A stretch of 64,000 nt of DNA from Eledone cirrhosa (lineage: Eukaryota), in assembly GCA_964016885.1 (NCBI GenBank), contig OZ024743.1, positions 159,526,001 through 159,590,000 on the forward strand. The letters are read 5' to 3'. Below are positions 28,520 to 42,520 of this stretch, piece after piece (within the stretch, counting starts at the first letter, position 1; every line of letters begins with the position of its first letter). A model generated the notes under the pieces. The model was not told where the DNA came from. It did not search any database and was given only the letters and a program-made list of their open reading frames with translations. A program made the position numbers and the translations under genes.

Positions 28520-28839
28520 ATATTGTTATACTTTGGGAGGGTCATGTAACACATGCGCAAACTAAGCACACAACACACACAAAAACAAGATGGCGTAGGA
28601 GAGAACAAAGGAGAGGCACAAAACAAAGAAAAGAATCCCCAGTCACTGAAGATGTCACATAATGTGTGACGAAAGAACTTTAACAATATATGAACAAGCG
28701 TCCGGTTATGGAACCAACCAACCACCCGAAAATTTATAAATTCTTAAATTTATGAATTTAATTTATATTAAATTGGAGTGGAAGCAACTTGTGCATTTGT
28801 TTTTATTGGCAACATGACCCTCCCAAAGTATAACAATAT
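28520..28839 (+). mobile_element. 320-bp non-coding unit with 28-bp perfect inverted termini and an internal HHR
   Basis: ATATTGTTATACTTTGGGAGGGTCATGT (28520-28547) is the reverse complement of 28812-28839. Confidence 0.8.
28642..28684 (+). ncRNA. Minimal hammerhead ribozyme motif
   Basis: GTCA CTGAAGA T GTCACAT-AAT-GTGTGAC GAAA GAAC TT TAAC; core intact, 7-bp stem II, stem I 3/4 paired. Confidence 0.65.
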
Positions 28840-28892
28840 CGGTTTCAATACACGTTTTCAGATAAAGTATCTTGCTAAACAAATTCAGAAAC

Positions 28893-28926
<34 letters not shown>

Positions 28927-29029
28927 TAAACGGAATAGAAAATGCTGACAAATTGTTCACAGTTGAAAAATGGTTTAATTAGGAATAAAAGAGTATTAGT
29001 AATTGTATGGGTTAGTATTCAGTTGTGGT

Positions 29030-29290
29030 TTTAAGTTTTTAAGTTCTTACCGGTTGCGCATTTCTAAATGCTTTTCAAAAATAATTTTGAGATAGAGTGT
29101 CCGTGCTGTTTGCTCTGATCTGATTAGTTTTGGGAATTCTACCTGTTTTTATGTTAAAAAAGTGGCACCAGCGTTATTTTTGTGTTGCAAAAATGCTTGT
29201 GGTCAAAACAATTTTGATTGGTCGGTAGAGGTCATGTGAATGTAAAAAGTTGATTTTGCGCCAAGATTGATAAATGACTCTTTCACAACA
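29030..29290 (-). mobile_element. Diverged relative of the 14373/62587 pseudo-LTR with a U3/A8 HHR relic (29043-29081)
   Basis: Minus: TTT TTGAAAA GCATT-TAGA-AATGC GCAA CCGG TA AGAAC; shares TTGATTGG and TT(T/C)GCGCCA blocks with the 14373 copy. Confidence 0.55.
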
Positions 29291-29307
29291 AATATATGTG
29301 TGTGTGT

Positions 29308-29351
<44 letters not shown>

Positions 29352-29420
29352 TAGTAGTAGTAAGGTGTTCGATGCTGCGACAATGGCCAGCAGCGATGTG
29401 TGTCAAATGGCTATTAAGAT

Positions 29421-29459
<39 letters not shown>

Positions 29460-29514
29460 GCAGAGTCATTCGAAGGTCAAAAGATATTTTTCAGCTTTTG
29501 TCTTATACGGAGAA

Positions 29515-29573
<59 letters not shown>

Positions 29574-29615
29574 AGTCTCTTTGTATGTTGATGTACGCAT
29601 GTGTATGTGTTTGTG

Positions 29616-29652
<37 letters not shown>

Positions 29653-29764
29653 ACCAGTATTTTTTCCCCCTGGTAAAATGGTGTACATTATTCGATTTTT
29701 TCAGTAAAATCTCTTAATAGAACATCAAAAATCTTAACAATAAAAGGTGTGAAATGATATTCAC

Positions 29765-29798
<34 letters not shown>

Positions 29799-29814
29799 TA
29801 TATTCACTACATAC

Positions 29815-29847
<33 letters not shown>

Positions 29848-30062
29848 TATACACATATACATACACATATATGCACATATATTTTTTTGTATTGCACCAT
29901 AGAGCATGTGTGTTTACGTGTGTCATTCTGTTTATATGTGGGTAGAGATGTGTGCTGATGTAGGTATGTATGTTGACGTGTGTATGTTGTGGGTTCGTCT
30001 TAGGGAGAAGTGTTTAGACGGGGTCCGTATTTGTTAATGAAGTAAGATTCCTTGTTTATATA

Positions 30063-30119
30063 TAATTGTTTCTACTTTAGGCACAAGGCCAGCAATTACC
30101 CAGTACATTACTGGTACTT
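30063..30119 (-). mobile_element. SINE 3' fragment
   Basis: AATTGTTTCTACTTTAGGCACAAGGCCAGCAATTACCCAGTACATTACTGGTACTT. Confidence 0.8.
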
Positions 30120-30133
30120 AAAAGAGTTCCATG

Positions 30134-30204
30134 TATTTTATTATGCGCATTTCAAAAACAAATATCATCATGGGAGGATATTTGCGTTCTCATCAGATAA
30201 AATA
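30134..30204 (-). ncRNA. Type-I hammerhead ribozyme with intact core and palindromic stem-loop III
   Basis: Minus: TATTTTAT CTGATGA GAACGCAAATATC-CTCCCATGAT-GATATTTGTTTTT GAAA TGCGCA TA ATAAAATA; 8-bp stem I, 12/13-bp stem II, ATGCGCAT palindrome, AUA cleavage triplet. Confidence 0.85.
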
Positions 30205-30542
30205 GGGAGACATGATATGAAGCTTAAAAAACACTTGCGAGCAATGAAGTGTTAAATCAACATATGAAAAATAAAGTAAGATGGATATTGAGTTTGGGAA
30301 AAAAAGGAAGGGGTAGGAAAAGGTAAGGAAGAGGAAGAAAGAAAATAAAGGATGACGAGGGAGGAGTATAAGAAGGAAGGATGAGAGTGGATGAGAAATG
30401 AGTGATAGAGAGAGAGAGAAATGAGTGATAGAGAGTGAGAAAACACTGTCTCACAGAGGGAAATTAGAAAACCGTTGAAAGAGATATATATATATAGTAA
30501 TAATAATAAATTTGAAGACTAAAATCCAAATAGGGCTCGATA

Positions 30543-30610
<68 letters not shown>

Positions 30611-30683
30611 TTTGAGATAGATAGATATCTTTATATATTTATTTGATATAGATAGACAGAAAGGTAGCTACGCTGTTTCAAAT

Positions 30684-30744
30684 TAATTGTTTCTACTTTT
30701 GGCACAAGGCCAGCAATTACCCAGTGCATTACTGGTACTTTATT
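30684..30744 (-). mobile_element. SINE 3' fragment with TSD
   Basis: TGTTTCAAATTAAT on both sides. Confidence 0.8.
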
Positions 30745-32189
30745 ACGGTGTTTCAAATTAATGTCCTATAAATGTTGGCATAGCAGTACAATTAAATTAT
30801 GAAGACGGCGGAAAGCAGAAATAGCCGGCGTAACACTTTAGTATTTAATTGGGTTTAAACATTAAGCACTTTTAGGACTATTAGAAATTCAGAAAATGTT
30901 TTATCCACTGACTCGCTTTTCTAATTAATCACTTGAAAATCAACAATCATTATTAAAATCTCTTTAACTACACATCAAGTGATTTCTTATATAAAAATAA
31001 AGTTTTAAACAAAATGGTATATCAATATATATATTTAAATAGAAATCAAATGACCCATTAGGGATGATGCATTGAAGACGTGTTTCATTTATAGATATAT
31101 TATTTATGGTTTTGTATTTATAGAAATAGTTCAATGATGTGTTTTAGCATTCATTGAGGGGCTATTGACATCGACGAATGCATAATGGTAATTTGCGTGC
31201 AGATCACCTGGTCTTCTCAATATCGATTTATAAGATAGATGCAAGGTCATGAGGTCACAAATATACTTGTTTCAATATCTATATTCAACACGGATATGGC
31301 AATATGGTATGAGTTCAAATGTCATAGATTCAATAGTTTTTGTCAAGATAGTTACAGACCGTCACGAAATCATAAATGGATCGTTTTAAATATATGCTTA
31401 TTTCAATATTAATTTCTATAAATACATTATGTCAAAATATCCTTTTTTGGCAATCATTTGTAACATAGGAACAAGGCGACACCTTTTTACGGAGGAAAAA
31501 TTATACTTGATGATAGAATAGATTCCAGCATATAACGTAGTTAACATTATTGACTCAATGTGGATGGAAGGCTTTGTTTTACATTGAACATAAACTAACG
31601 CAAGAAAATATTTCCAGGCACATAGTCCGACACTATAATCTTTCTGCTACTTCCCCACGCGTAATTTAGTTTAATATTTTGATAAAATATTGTTTAAAGA
31701 GCGCTGATATCAAAGTTGACAGGCTACCAAAAATGATATAATAGGTTAAGCCTCAGTATATTGTCCCCATATTCTGTCGTTTGTCCCGTTCATCAGTGTT
31801 TGAGAAACCCTAGCAGGTCACTCGTCATACAAGAAATAAGGGACCGATATTTTTCACAACACATACTGTGCAATAATGTGATTCTGTACGTAAAATTTGT
31901 GTTGTGAAGTGAGGCGGAGCCAACAATTTAGACATCATTGTTAATAGTAGAGTTGACAGTTTCAAACAGCTTCACTAATGTAAAATTGACGATGGTTGAT
32001 TTAGGCAGGTTTTGTACCTACGCATATGCTCCCAGCCTTCATAATCACATATCAGAATGGCTTGATAAATAGTTAAATCCTCAATTTCGTTTATCTACAT
32101 TACAAACTATAGGGAAACGTATTTATAAGTGAATCATTATTTCATTGAACAGCTCGACTAACATGTGTATGTACGAAAGAGAGGAAAGC

Positions 32190-32760
32190 AAGAAATTTGA
32201 ACTTTCACTTGGACTTTTTTTTTCAGTATTTCCTTTGTTGATATCAGCTCTCCTTTTAAAGAACATCCATATTTTCTCTTCAACTTTTTTTCGTTTCTAG
32301 ATTTTACATTATTTCCCGAGATCAGTTCATTTACTATTGATATTTCCCCTCTCATTAATTCAATCTCTTCTTTCAATGCTTCTTCTTCATTGTGTATTTC
32401 TTCTTAAGTTTAGCTTCCTTTCTATTTTCGGTGACAACTTGTGTCAATTACTCTAGCAAATACGTAAACAATTTCATTTAACAGGTTTTAGTTATTGCAT
32501 AATTCTTTTTTTCGTATAGTCACCATTTTTTATTCGTGATTTTTGTTTATATTTTTGTTTGTATTTTAGTGTTTTTGAAGTGGTTCTCCATCCTGTATGC
32601 CGTACAACTACTAGCTCATTCAGAATTTTCTGCTTCGCTTAATTCACAAACTCTGTGTTCTTTAGCAAATACTTGGACTTTAAATTCTGTTTTTATCCCT
32701 GTATAGACCGGGTCAAAGTCAGCAACTTCAGTCTATTAATAGTTTGATGTAATCCCTTCC
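32190..32760 (-). mobile_element. R4/Dong-like non-LTR N-terminal region relic
   Basis: EEIELMRGEISIVNEL..KKLKRKY..KEILKKKVQVK resembles the basic coiled region preceding the R4/Dong RT. Confidence 0.45.
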
Positions 32761-33078
32761 TCTGAAATCGTTAGGGCTGCTATCAAATATTGTCAAGTGA
32801 ATTTTAATATAAAGGCTGGTGATACTTTTTAATGGTATTGTGAATTTGTACCTGTACTTCGCCATTTTTAGAAAACGTGCATCTTATGAGAAATTATTAA
32901 TTTGAAAATTTGAAAAAGTCCTATGCCCGATGCATCTATGAAAGAGATTCGTTCCGGATATTTAGACAATTACATTATCTAAACGATGGGACAATATGGA
33001 TAAGTGCAATTGCCAAAATAAGAACAAAAAGTGAACATATATTCAGCGTCCACACAAATTGTGTGTAGCTCGAATCCC

Positions 33079-34240
33079 TTCTTCTTCTTCTTCTTCTTCT
33101 TTGCCCACTTATTCCTGAGAGGTTCACGGGGACAGAGCCCTCAAACATTCCTACCAGCGTGTCGTTTCTGAATCAAGAATCTGCAACTGATCCAGCTGGA
33201 TATTATCCAACCATCTTGCTTAGGATCTACTGCTGGGTCTCCTGCCGGTTGGTTTTGCCAGCAAAATATGTACAGCGATTATTTACCGAGGGATTCCAAC
33301 CACATGCAGATAGTATCGAGTCTGTGATCAAGAACACCTTCCAGTCACTCCTACCAGCAACAACCGTTTCGATTTCATCCGGCTAGATATTATGTAATTA
33401 CCCTTCTCAGGGCCTTCTCTGGATCATTTCCTGGTGGGGTTTGTCCGTAAAGTCTGTCCAGCAATACTTTGCTTAGACATTCTAATCACATTTCCAGAAA
33501 TAGAGTATCTATCAGGAGCGACGCTCTGATCTCCAACTTACATCTTTTATAGAATAACATTACTTCACCCTTCGAAGCCGCTTGTATTCGCGATCGTAGT
33601 CTCTCGGCCCTTTCTCAAGATTCATGACCATAAGTAAAGCTTGGCACGGATACAGAATTGTTTAGAATTTACACTTACCGCCATTCTTCTGCTGACTGAA
33701 TGCTGAAGCTGTCGCTATACTGCACCAGTTCTTGTAATTCTTGTATTTTATTGAAATAATTGAGCTTCTCCACCTCCATTAATGGAACTTTACTCACATG
33801 AAGAGTGCACTGCACACGCATCCCCGAGAGAATGAGCATCTTAGTCTTCGCAGCACTATTTCCACTCATGTCTTGCAGCATTCAGCAGCAAACATTTCAC
33901 GTGCATATCGGCAATTACCTTCTGTCGAGGTAAGTAGTATCATTTTGCTTGCAAATTCTAGCCAACTGAACCTACACTCCCAGGTTTGATACCATTTTCA
34001 ACCCGACTGCGCATGTCAATTTTGTCCTTGAATGGAGTCCAAAGCCCCATTAACTGGTTTTGGTTTAGTACCATTTTGACTGAGCATAGATACTAGGGCT
34101 TTCGTATAGAAACATCAGAGCAATAATACGCAGTCCATCGATCTCATACTACTGTAGAAACTTTCATAATAGGGCCCCAGGAATCTGGATCATAAGCATT
34201 TTCGAGGGGTACTAAGCAAATATATACCTCATGGACACGG
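33079..34240 (-). mobile_element. RTE LINE 3' portion with (AAG)n tail
   Basis: (CTT)n at 33079-33101 then TGCCCACTTATTCCTGAGAGG, shared with 42146; degenerate RT pieces (LEFA..MILL, EVEKLNYF). Confidence 0.75.
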
Positions 34241-35337
34241 CTGAGCTGTATGCGGGACAAAAAAAACACACCTGCAACTATGTTGGACTCGACAATATCT
34301 TACATTTTTTTGACATGCACTTAACATGGGAGAAGTTTTCTCTAGAAATGAAAAAATTTCTCTTGTTTCCATTTCTGAATAGTGGGATGATTAGTTTCAA
34401 TTGCTATTGTTTAGATTGCTTTCCAGAGATCCACGCCACTGGCACACATGAGTCAGCCAGAAATACCTTCCATATTTAAAGTTTTTTAACATCGCGGGTT
34501 GAATGAAGATGCTGTTGTGACCGGGTTTGGGATATCGGCAATATCACGTCTTCGTAAACCAATTTATATCATGTGGTTATTCCTTTCATGTAACATTTGC
34601 TTACATCCTAATTTCTGCATTGAACATAATTTCTATTTCTTCTACACATTTGCAATATCTTTCCATCACGCTATATTAATGGTTTTCATAACTATCGGTC
34701 TTTTCAAACTAAAAAGCATTACATACTAAACATATTATGACATGTTCAAAAATCGCAATAATTACTTTGGCCTTTTATTTCTCTCACGAAATATTTAATC
34801 ATGGAGCCCCGTCACCATGTGGTTTCATTGCAGCCATTGTCACTCGAAAGACTATCTACAATGACTGTATTCATAAAAGTCGATGTAGTGAATTTATTTA
34901 CTATTATCATACCTGTTTAAATCTCATATCCGAATTCTCCAGGATTATTAAATATTGACCATTGTAAAGAATATGAAATGAGTTTGGCTCGTTTTGAAGA
35001 ATTATAGATATTCGAATATACTACAATTCTTTCTTTTTCTGTTATTAGTTTTTACATACATAGCCAACTAACAGCGAACGATGGACAACCACAGACAGAG
35101 ATATGAACACTCCACTCTAAATATGTATGTCAAAACTAATAATTTTTCTTCCGCATTTTATTATTCGTATAAATATACAACTTATCTGCATTATACACAT
35201 CCGCAGATGAAAAAGCATATAATGCTGAAACCGGTACCGCTATTAAATGCGGAAATACCCACTTTATAAGTAAATGTTTTGATATTATGCTGAAAAATGT
35301 CTCCAGCATTTTCTACTGAAATTCCTTTCCTTTTTAC

Positions 35338-35377
<40 letters not shown>

Positions 35378-35379
35378 GT

Positions 35380-35454
<75 letters not shown>

Positions 35455-36684
35455 TGTGTGTATGCGTGTGTGTGTAAGCGTTATGCAGAGGACCACACAT
35501 TGTCGGTTCATGCCCCCACCACCCAAATGCTCACAATATCGACAAAAATGATATGATGATAGATATGTAACATATTACATATTCTTATTTGCCTCCATGG
35601 AGTGGTAAATTAATTGGTAGAAGTTACTAATTATTTATAAACATACTTAGATAGAAAATGTAGGTGCATAGTTGAAGGTAGTACTGAAATTGAAGGTAAA
35701 TTAAATTAAGTCTGTAGCTATTATTGAATAGAGGGGGTCGTTAAATATTATATCATATTATATACGGAATGTACTAGGGGTGTAGCATAATATATCTAAT
35801 CGTATGCAGTTAATTTAATTAAATGCGATGAGTTGAGATACACAAATATAATGAAATAATAAAAGCTTTTAAGAATATGATGATATAAATAATAAGGCAC
35901 AAATATATAAAAATAAAGTGATACTAAACAAATATGTCAATACTAAGGAAAATTTAGATTGAGAAAGTCAAATGAAATGACATAACCAACAAATTAGAGT
36001 CTGTCAAATCTCATGCTGGTCACTGTAGAAATAGGTAGTCGTGTACGATCGGACCTTTTTTTATTTTAAGGAAGACTCAGTTTTAGCAGGTACGTGGTGG
36101 TAGTTCCTTTTATAGAGTGGTAGTGGCCTAGGTTTCTATTGCATTACACAGCCATCGATTGTAGCAGGAGCTGTATTCCATTTATGGTAGGTTGTTTACC
36201 AATGGCTAGAACTGGAGATGCCGGTTAGTAAACCAAAATGCAATAATTCAAAGCACTCAATATGATGCAAATTATCCATCGTAGTGCAGGAACGAGGTTA
36301 AATATTCATTAAAATAATAGAAGGCCGGACTGGAAATTTACTTTAGGATTTTAATTCCGCGAAAACACTATTCATATTTTGATGATCCAGCGTTAATATC
36401 CGATCATGAGGTAAGAGTTAACCGATTTCGTTAGGTGTTAATTGCAGAATTAGTTCTACAAGACAACACGTCGAACACAAATAGAAAATAAAAACTGGCT
36501 GTATTTTCAGTCCTCACAATGTCAGTTTTATTCTACAATGAAATCTCTGCTTTTGAACTTGGTGTTTTCTATTTCATTACATCCGTACTTGTTTATCCTA
36601 TACTACCTTTTTCCAAAGAAACCCTTCTCCTCCTTCATATCAGTGTAGGTGTTCAAGTCTAGTGCGCCTGCACAAAAACACCCG

Positions 36685-36724
<40 letters not shown>

Positions 36725-36819
36725 CACACACACACACACACATACACACATACACACACACACGCATACACACACACACAAACGCACGAAGAAACGCATA
36801 TATATGATTATTCTTACAC

Positions 36820-37690
36820 CGGCAATTGAAATCTATCGAACCTTTTGGGAAATATGAATAAACAAAAGTAACAATAACAGGTTCTCAATATATAAAGAAT
36901 CGATAAAACATCAAATAGAAGCTAACTACACGGAAAAGAATAGATGTTTATAACAATACAACACAGTTGTTAAAGAAACAGGAAATAAAATGAAAATTGA
37001 ATTACGAAATACATTAAGGAAGAAAGCCTATATCTGGGCAATGATTCGACATAGAAGATAGCCAAAGTGAAAGTCGGTAATGATCTGGAAGCTCCGGACT
37101 GGAAGCAAAAAAGAGAAGGACTGATTCTTGTTGCACAAGACTAACGTCTGATCACAGGCAAGTAGAAGAAGAAAATAACAGAAGTAGGATCTGACAGCAA
37201 ATGTTGACTGTGTAACAACCATAATGAGAGGGTTGAACTCATCATCTCCTACTGCTTCGCCGTTGACAATTCTGAATATATACACAGCCATGACCGTGTT
37301 GGCAGTTACATGCATTGAGCAATATGCCAACATTGAAGGGGTATGAAAATATACCAAACACATTACTTGACAACAACATGACCATAATAACATGAGATAT
37401 ATTCATCCAAATTGACAATGGAATACTTATAGACATCACAATACCTTCTAAGCAAAATATTGCATCAAAATGAGTGGAAAAAATTCAAAATATAACGATA
37501 TTGAAATAAAACGATTTGAACATTAATTAAAAACAGTGTAAATTATAATTGGAGTAATAGATATCATAAAAATATATTAACAAAATTGGAGAAGCCACAC
37601 CAGGAATCCCATAGCTACCCAGTTCAAAATTATAGCTCTGCTAGGGTAATCCCACAGGCTGCGGAAGATATGATCGATTCAAAAGCACAA
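36820..37690 (+). mobile_element. R4/Dong-clade LINE C-terminal (Zn knuckle/RLE) pseudogene
   Basis: Reads SSGL..KKEGLILVAQD..; ERVELIISYC..NSEYIHSHDRVG..H.AICQH; LIDITIPS..N; many stops. Confidence 0.7.
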
Positions 37691-37924
37691 GTTAAACAAA
37701 GCAATACCTACAAATAACACATTCAAATAACACAGCATCAAATAAAATATAACACAACTCACACAGAACATCTATTTCTAGTACATAGGATGCACAGGAA
37801 AACAAACCCTAATCTAAAACTAGAAATAACAAGGTCCTGCATTTAGTAATGCAATAGAAAATTCGCATGAAATTTTGAAAGAAATGCTAATCATAACTTT
37901 AATTATAATAAAAGAGAGAGAAAG

Positions 37925-37975
<51 letters not shown>

Positions 37976-39487
37976 GAGAGACGCCTACATATATTTATAT
38001 GTATATGAAGTGTGGGTCTCGTATCGTAGTGGAGCGATGATAAAATATGCATGAGTGAAGTACTGGGTTTCTATCAATTAATTACATTCCTTTCTTAGAC
38101 ATTTTAGGTACTCGGTTAATTTTAGAATTCATTTTTTTTTTGTTATCTTTCGTGAATATAAATGAACATTATAACGTCCTGTTGTATTATGACCACACAA
38201 CTTATTTTAAATGAATTTTCAATTATGAAACACTAGTTATTCTGATGGAATATAGCGAACTATAATTTTCTTTGGCGCCAATACTTTTCTCACAGACAAA
38301 AGGATGATGTAGCACAGGTTATTCTTAATGTAATCTGAATCCAAGTTATAATTTTTTCTTCTTTTTCGGTTACTTTCCAATTTATTACAAAATATTTGAT
38401 AACTAAATTCATCTGCCGTCTTTAGTGATTCGTTAACTACGTTTGAAAGAAAATATTTGCAAGCAATGTACAAACACGTTAATATTTTTAGATTACGTGT
38501 TTGCTATTCAATTACATTATATCTGGCGATTACAGAACAATTGAGTTATTATAATTGGATTAAATATCATCTATTGTCTGCTTATTAAATGGTTTATATC
38601 GCCTGGTATTAAATCGTAACTCTATATGGATAGACGTCGAATCGAAACAATGAGGCTAGGAGTGTTGTAACAATATACATTGTGTTTGGAAACTACAATG
38701 TGTTGTCAGCTTGAAATAGTGTCAAGATGTTTTATTTTCTACAGAGAAGGGGAAGTAAATAGTAGATAATAAGAATTTAAGAAACAAAGAAAAAACGTGA
38801 ATTTGAATGCTAGAAAATGTAATATTGTTGACGACTTTTATTAGTTAATCAAAGAGAAAAATACTTGTCTAAAGAAATTCGTATAAATACAAAGAAATAT
38901 ATAAAATGTATAGAAAAAATAATTTTTTTGTGTGTATATATATATATCAACAAAATTAGAATTTAGTATCTCGCTCTCACATAAATAATTACGAACATGC
39001 ACTGGATGTTTAAGTCTAAAAGGGAACATATGTGTGATTTATATCCCTACCATATCTAATCCTCAGTTGTAATAGTGGCTGCTATTTTTGATTCTATTAA
39101 CCATTGGCATATTCACCGTTGTTGTTCCTCAGCTCCAGCTCATCTCTGATTGAGCAGTTCATGATAAAATGATTTCAAATCGTGACAACTACATAGTAAT
39201 CAATAGTGTACCTAGTATTAAGTTATACAATGTGCTTTGTTATTGGGCGTGGGGGGGGGGTCTAGGTTGTGAATTCAGTAACTTTAAGTGATAGGATTAA
39301 TAACTTCGTTTAACCTCCTTGGATATTTGTTATTCATTCATGTTGTTGTTGGAAACGGAGTGGTTACATACCAATATAGATCCGATTGCCATCTACATTT
39401 GGCAAGCCATATTTTAAATGGCTCTCATGGGTATTTCTCTGTATACTGAATACAGAAACCACGTGGTTGAGGTGCCAACCTATTACC

Positions 39488-39518
<31 letters not shown>

Positions 39519-39564
39519 ACTCACACACGCATATATATATATATCTCTCTATATATATATATAC

Positions 39565-39651
<87 letters not shown>

Positions 39652-40084
39652 CAATGGTTCAAAAGCCGAAATATTCGGCTTAGTACATTGTTTATATATA
39701 TAAATGTATTTCTTATGTTAAGATCTAATAACAAAATTAATATTCGATATGTTTGTAAGCAAACATCATCATTACGTTATGTTCTTTAGAAGACTGCTGT
39801 CATTGGTTTGGTCTAGCAATGGCATAGAGAAACGGTCAATACGTTTCTGGATTATTGCACTTTGTCACTCCTGTGTATCTCTTTCTGTCACTCACTTGAA
39901 CTGTTGAAAATATATAACAATTTCTAATGTATACATCGGGTGATTAGTCATATTTGCATATCGAATGATTTTACGGCTCAATTTAAAATATTAAAAATGT
40001 CTTCAAAAAAGTAAAGAAATTCCTTGAAAACTTTTTCCTCCCCGAGACACAGGCTTAAAGTGTTGATGTTGTTTCTTCGCCGGC

Positions 40085-40178
<94 letters not shown>

Positions 40179-40247
40179 AATGTATATATATATATGTATG
40201 TATATATATATATATATATATATAAATGTATATATATATACATACAG

Positions 40248-40358
<111 letters not shown>

Positions 40359-42145
40359 CACACACATATATATATGATGAAGTACTCATTTGGTGGTCAA
40401 CTTTAAATGAGAATCATACTAATTCTTTATGTCATCACCATCGGATCATTTAGTAGATATGCAACTCGTAGGTAAACGCTATGTATAGGTACACATGCGG
40501 GGAGATATTCTCCTTTACGTATAATGTGTATGAAACCATATATCCTTATGTTAATTCTGCATTAAGTCTGAAATCTTGGCAAAGCATTTCAGAACAACGG
40601 AATATTCAGGTTTGAGACATATCAATATAGAAATATACTGATGTGGATATAATTTACAGCTAACATACTATCAAAATCCAGAAAAGGAGCCTATTATTCG
40701 AGAAATATTAGCCGAGCCTCCTTCAAATCACACCCTAATATCTTAATAAAGCAGGCGTTAGAAATTCTTCTCCCAATGATACAAAACTAAGCTAAAATCT
40801 AAATGAAAAACCTTTGACCATAAACATGCTAATTAAGAACGGTGTTGACTAAATAAATTCCAAATTAATTAGCATTATAATGTACACATATTTTTTTATA
40901 TTATTCAGTCGTACATATTCCTTGGTACTATGTTCAGTTGGTTATTTGAAAGTCAAGTGGATTGTCTACTGATATTCCTTAGTTTTGTTGAAGGATACAA
41001 ACAATAAACTTTCAAAAATAACAATAAAATATTTTTCAAAATATACATATTTTCTAGTGTATATTATAGTACGTATAACATAGGTTATGGTTATTAGACA
41101 TATAGTTTCTAGCGAGAGCTAGAGAGAGACAGAATATTTGTGGTGGGATTAACATCTTATGTTCCATCCATTCGTATTATCTCTCAATCCCCCTTCTCAC
41201 TAATAAACTGATAATGTTTTAATTTTGAAGTAGAATACGATATTAATGAGATAAGATTTCTTATATTCTACAAAGTAAATAATTTGATAAATGTTGTAAT
41301 CGATATCAGCAGGTAGATCCTAATAAAGCTGAACTGAGTTTATGGAAATCTCACGACCATGTTTTCTTTATTTTTCAGATTTGCCTCTCTTGTTTGAGAT
41401 ATCAGAACTATTTTTTTTTTTGCTATTTCTAGCAGATTGATTAAGTACCCAGAGCCTTCCTTTTGGGTTCGTTTTATATATATAAGTTAATATAATCAAC
41501 GAATTGTTGAACAGAAATCCGAGAGTTAAGAGATTGATCGAGATCAGTGGTTCTGTGAAATCAATAATATGAATAGGAAGCACAAGTAACTTAAATAAAC
41601 ATCGAGTCATTTTAAAATTTGTTTATCTCTAGTATCCACTTATTTACCTTCTATTAATCAATCTTAACTTAAAATTTTATTTATAACTTAGAATTAACAA
41701 TTCCAAATGTAGCGTCATTTTAACGAAGAATTCTATAAATTGTTATATATTTACAAATTCTATTTAAAGATTATAATCTACAAAATTACAACTTAAATAA
41801 TGTTTCAATAACTTTCCATTAAAATATATTTCAGTTTAAATCTACACTTTAAAATATTCTATTTATACATTTTACTTTTCTCATTTTAACTCTTAGCTAC
41901 AATAGTTAAAACTATCGTCATAAAATCTACATGTAACTTCAATTTACTAACGTTAAATCTATATGTGAAACGAAATGTATTTACCTCACATTAATTAGGA
42001 GCTACAACTCTAATACATATATTTCGGGGACGTTTTTCAAACGCGGCAGGGCAGGGTGACAAACATCAAGATAGATTTCAGTACAAGGTGATGAAGCTAA
42101 TTCCCTAAGAATACGAAGATATCTACATCCACGTGCCATAGAAAA

Positions 42146-42520
42146 TCTTCTTCTTCTTCTTCTTCTTCTTCTTCTTCTTCTTCTTTGTCCACTTATTCCT
42201 GAGAGGGCAGTGTGGGCAGAGTGCTGAAATACTTCTTTCAGCGGATCCTGTGAGAAGCAACCGTCGTGTCCTGAAATCCTTGCCTGAGGCTCTAACTACA
42301 TACCCATAGTATCGGAGCTGTTATCTCTCAATTCGAAGAAGTAGCGGCACTACCTGGAGTGACTCTCTGATTTCCGAGCTACGAACTCTATCGAGTAACG
42401 TTATTCCAGAGAACCTCCAGGGAAAACCCAATTCGGCCGATTGCATTTGCAATCGTATTTTTTCGGTCACAACCCAAGATTAATGATGAGAGGAACGGGT
42501 TGGTACAAATACCGAATTGA
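42146..42520 (-). mobile_element. RTE LINE 3' end with (AAG)n tail
   Basis: (CTT)13 followed by TGTCCACTTATTCCTGAGAGG; body matches 9420-9600. Confidence 0.8.
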
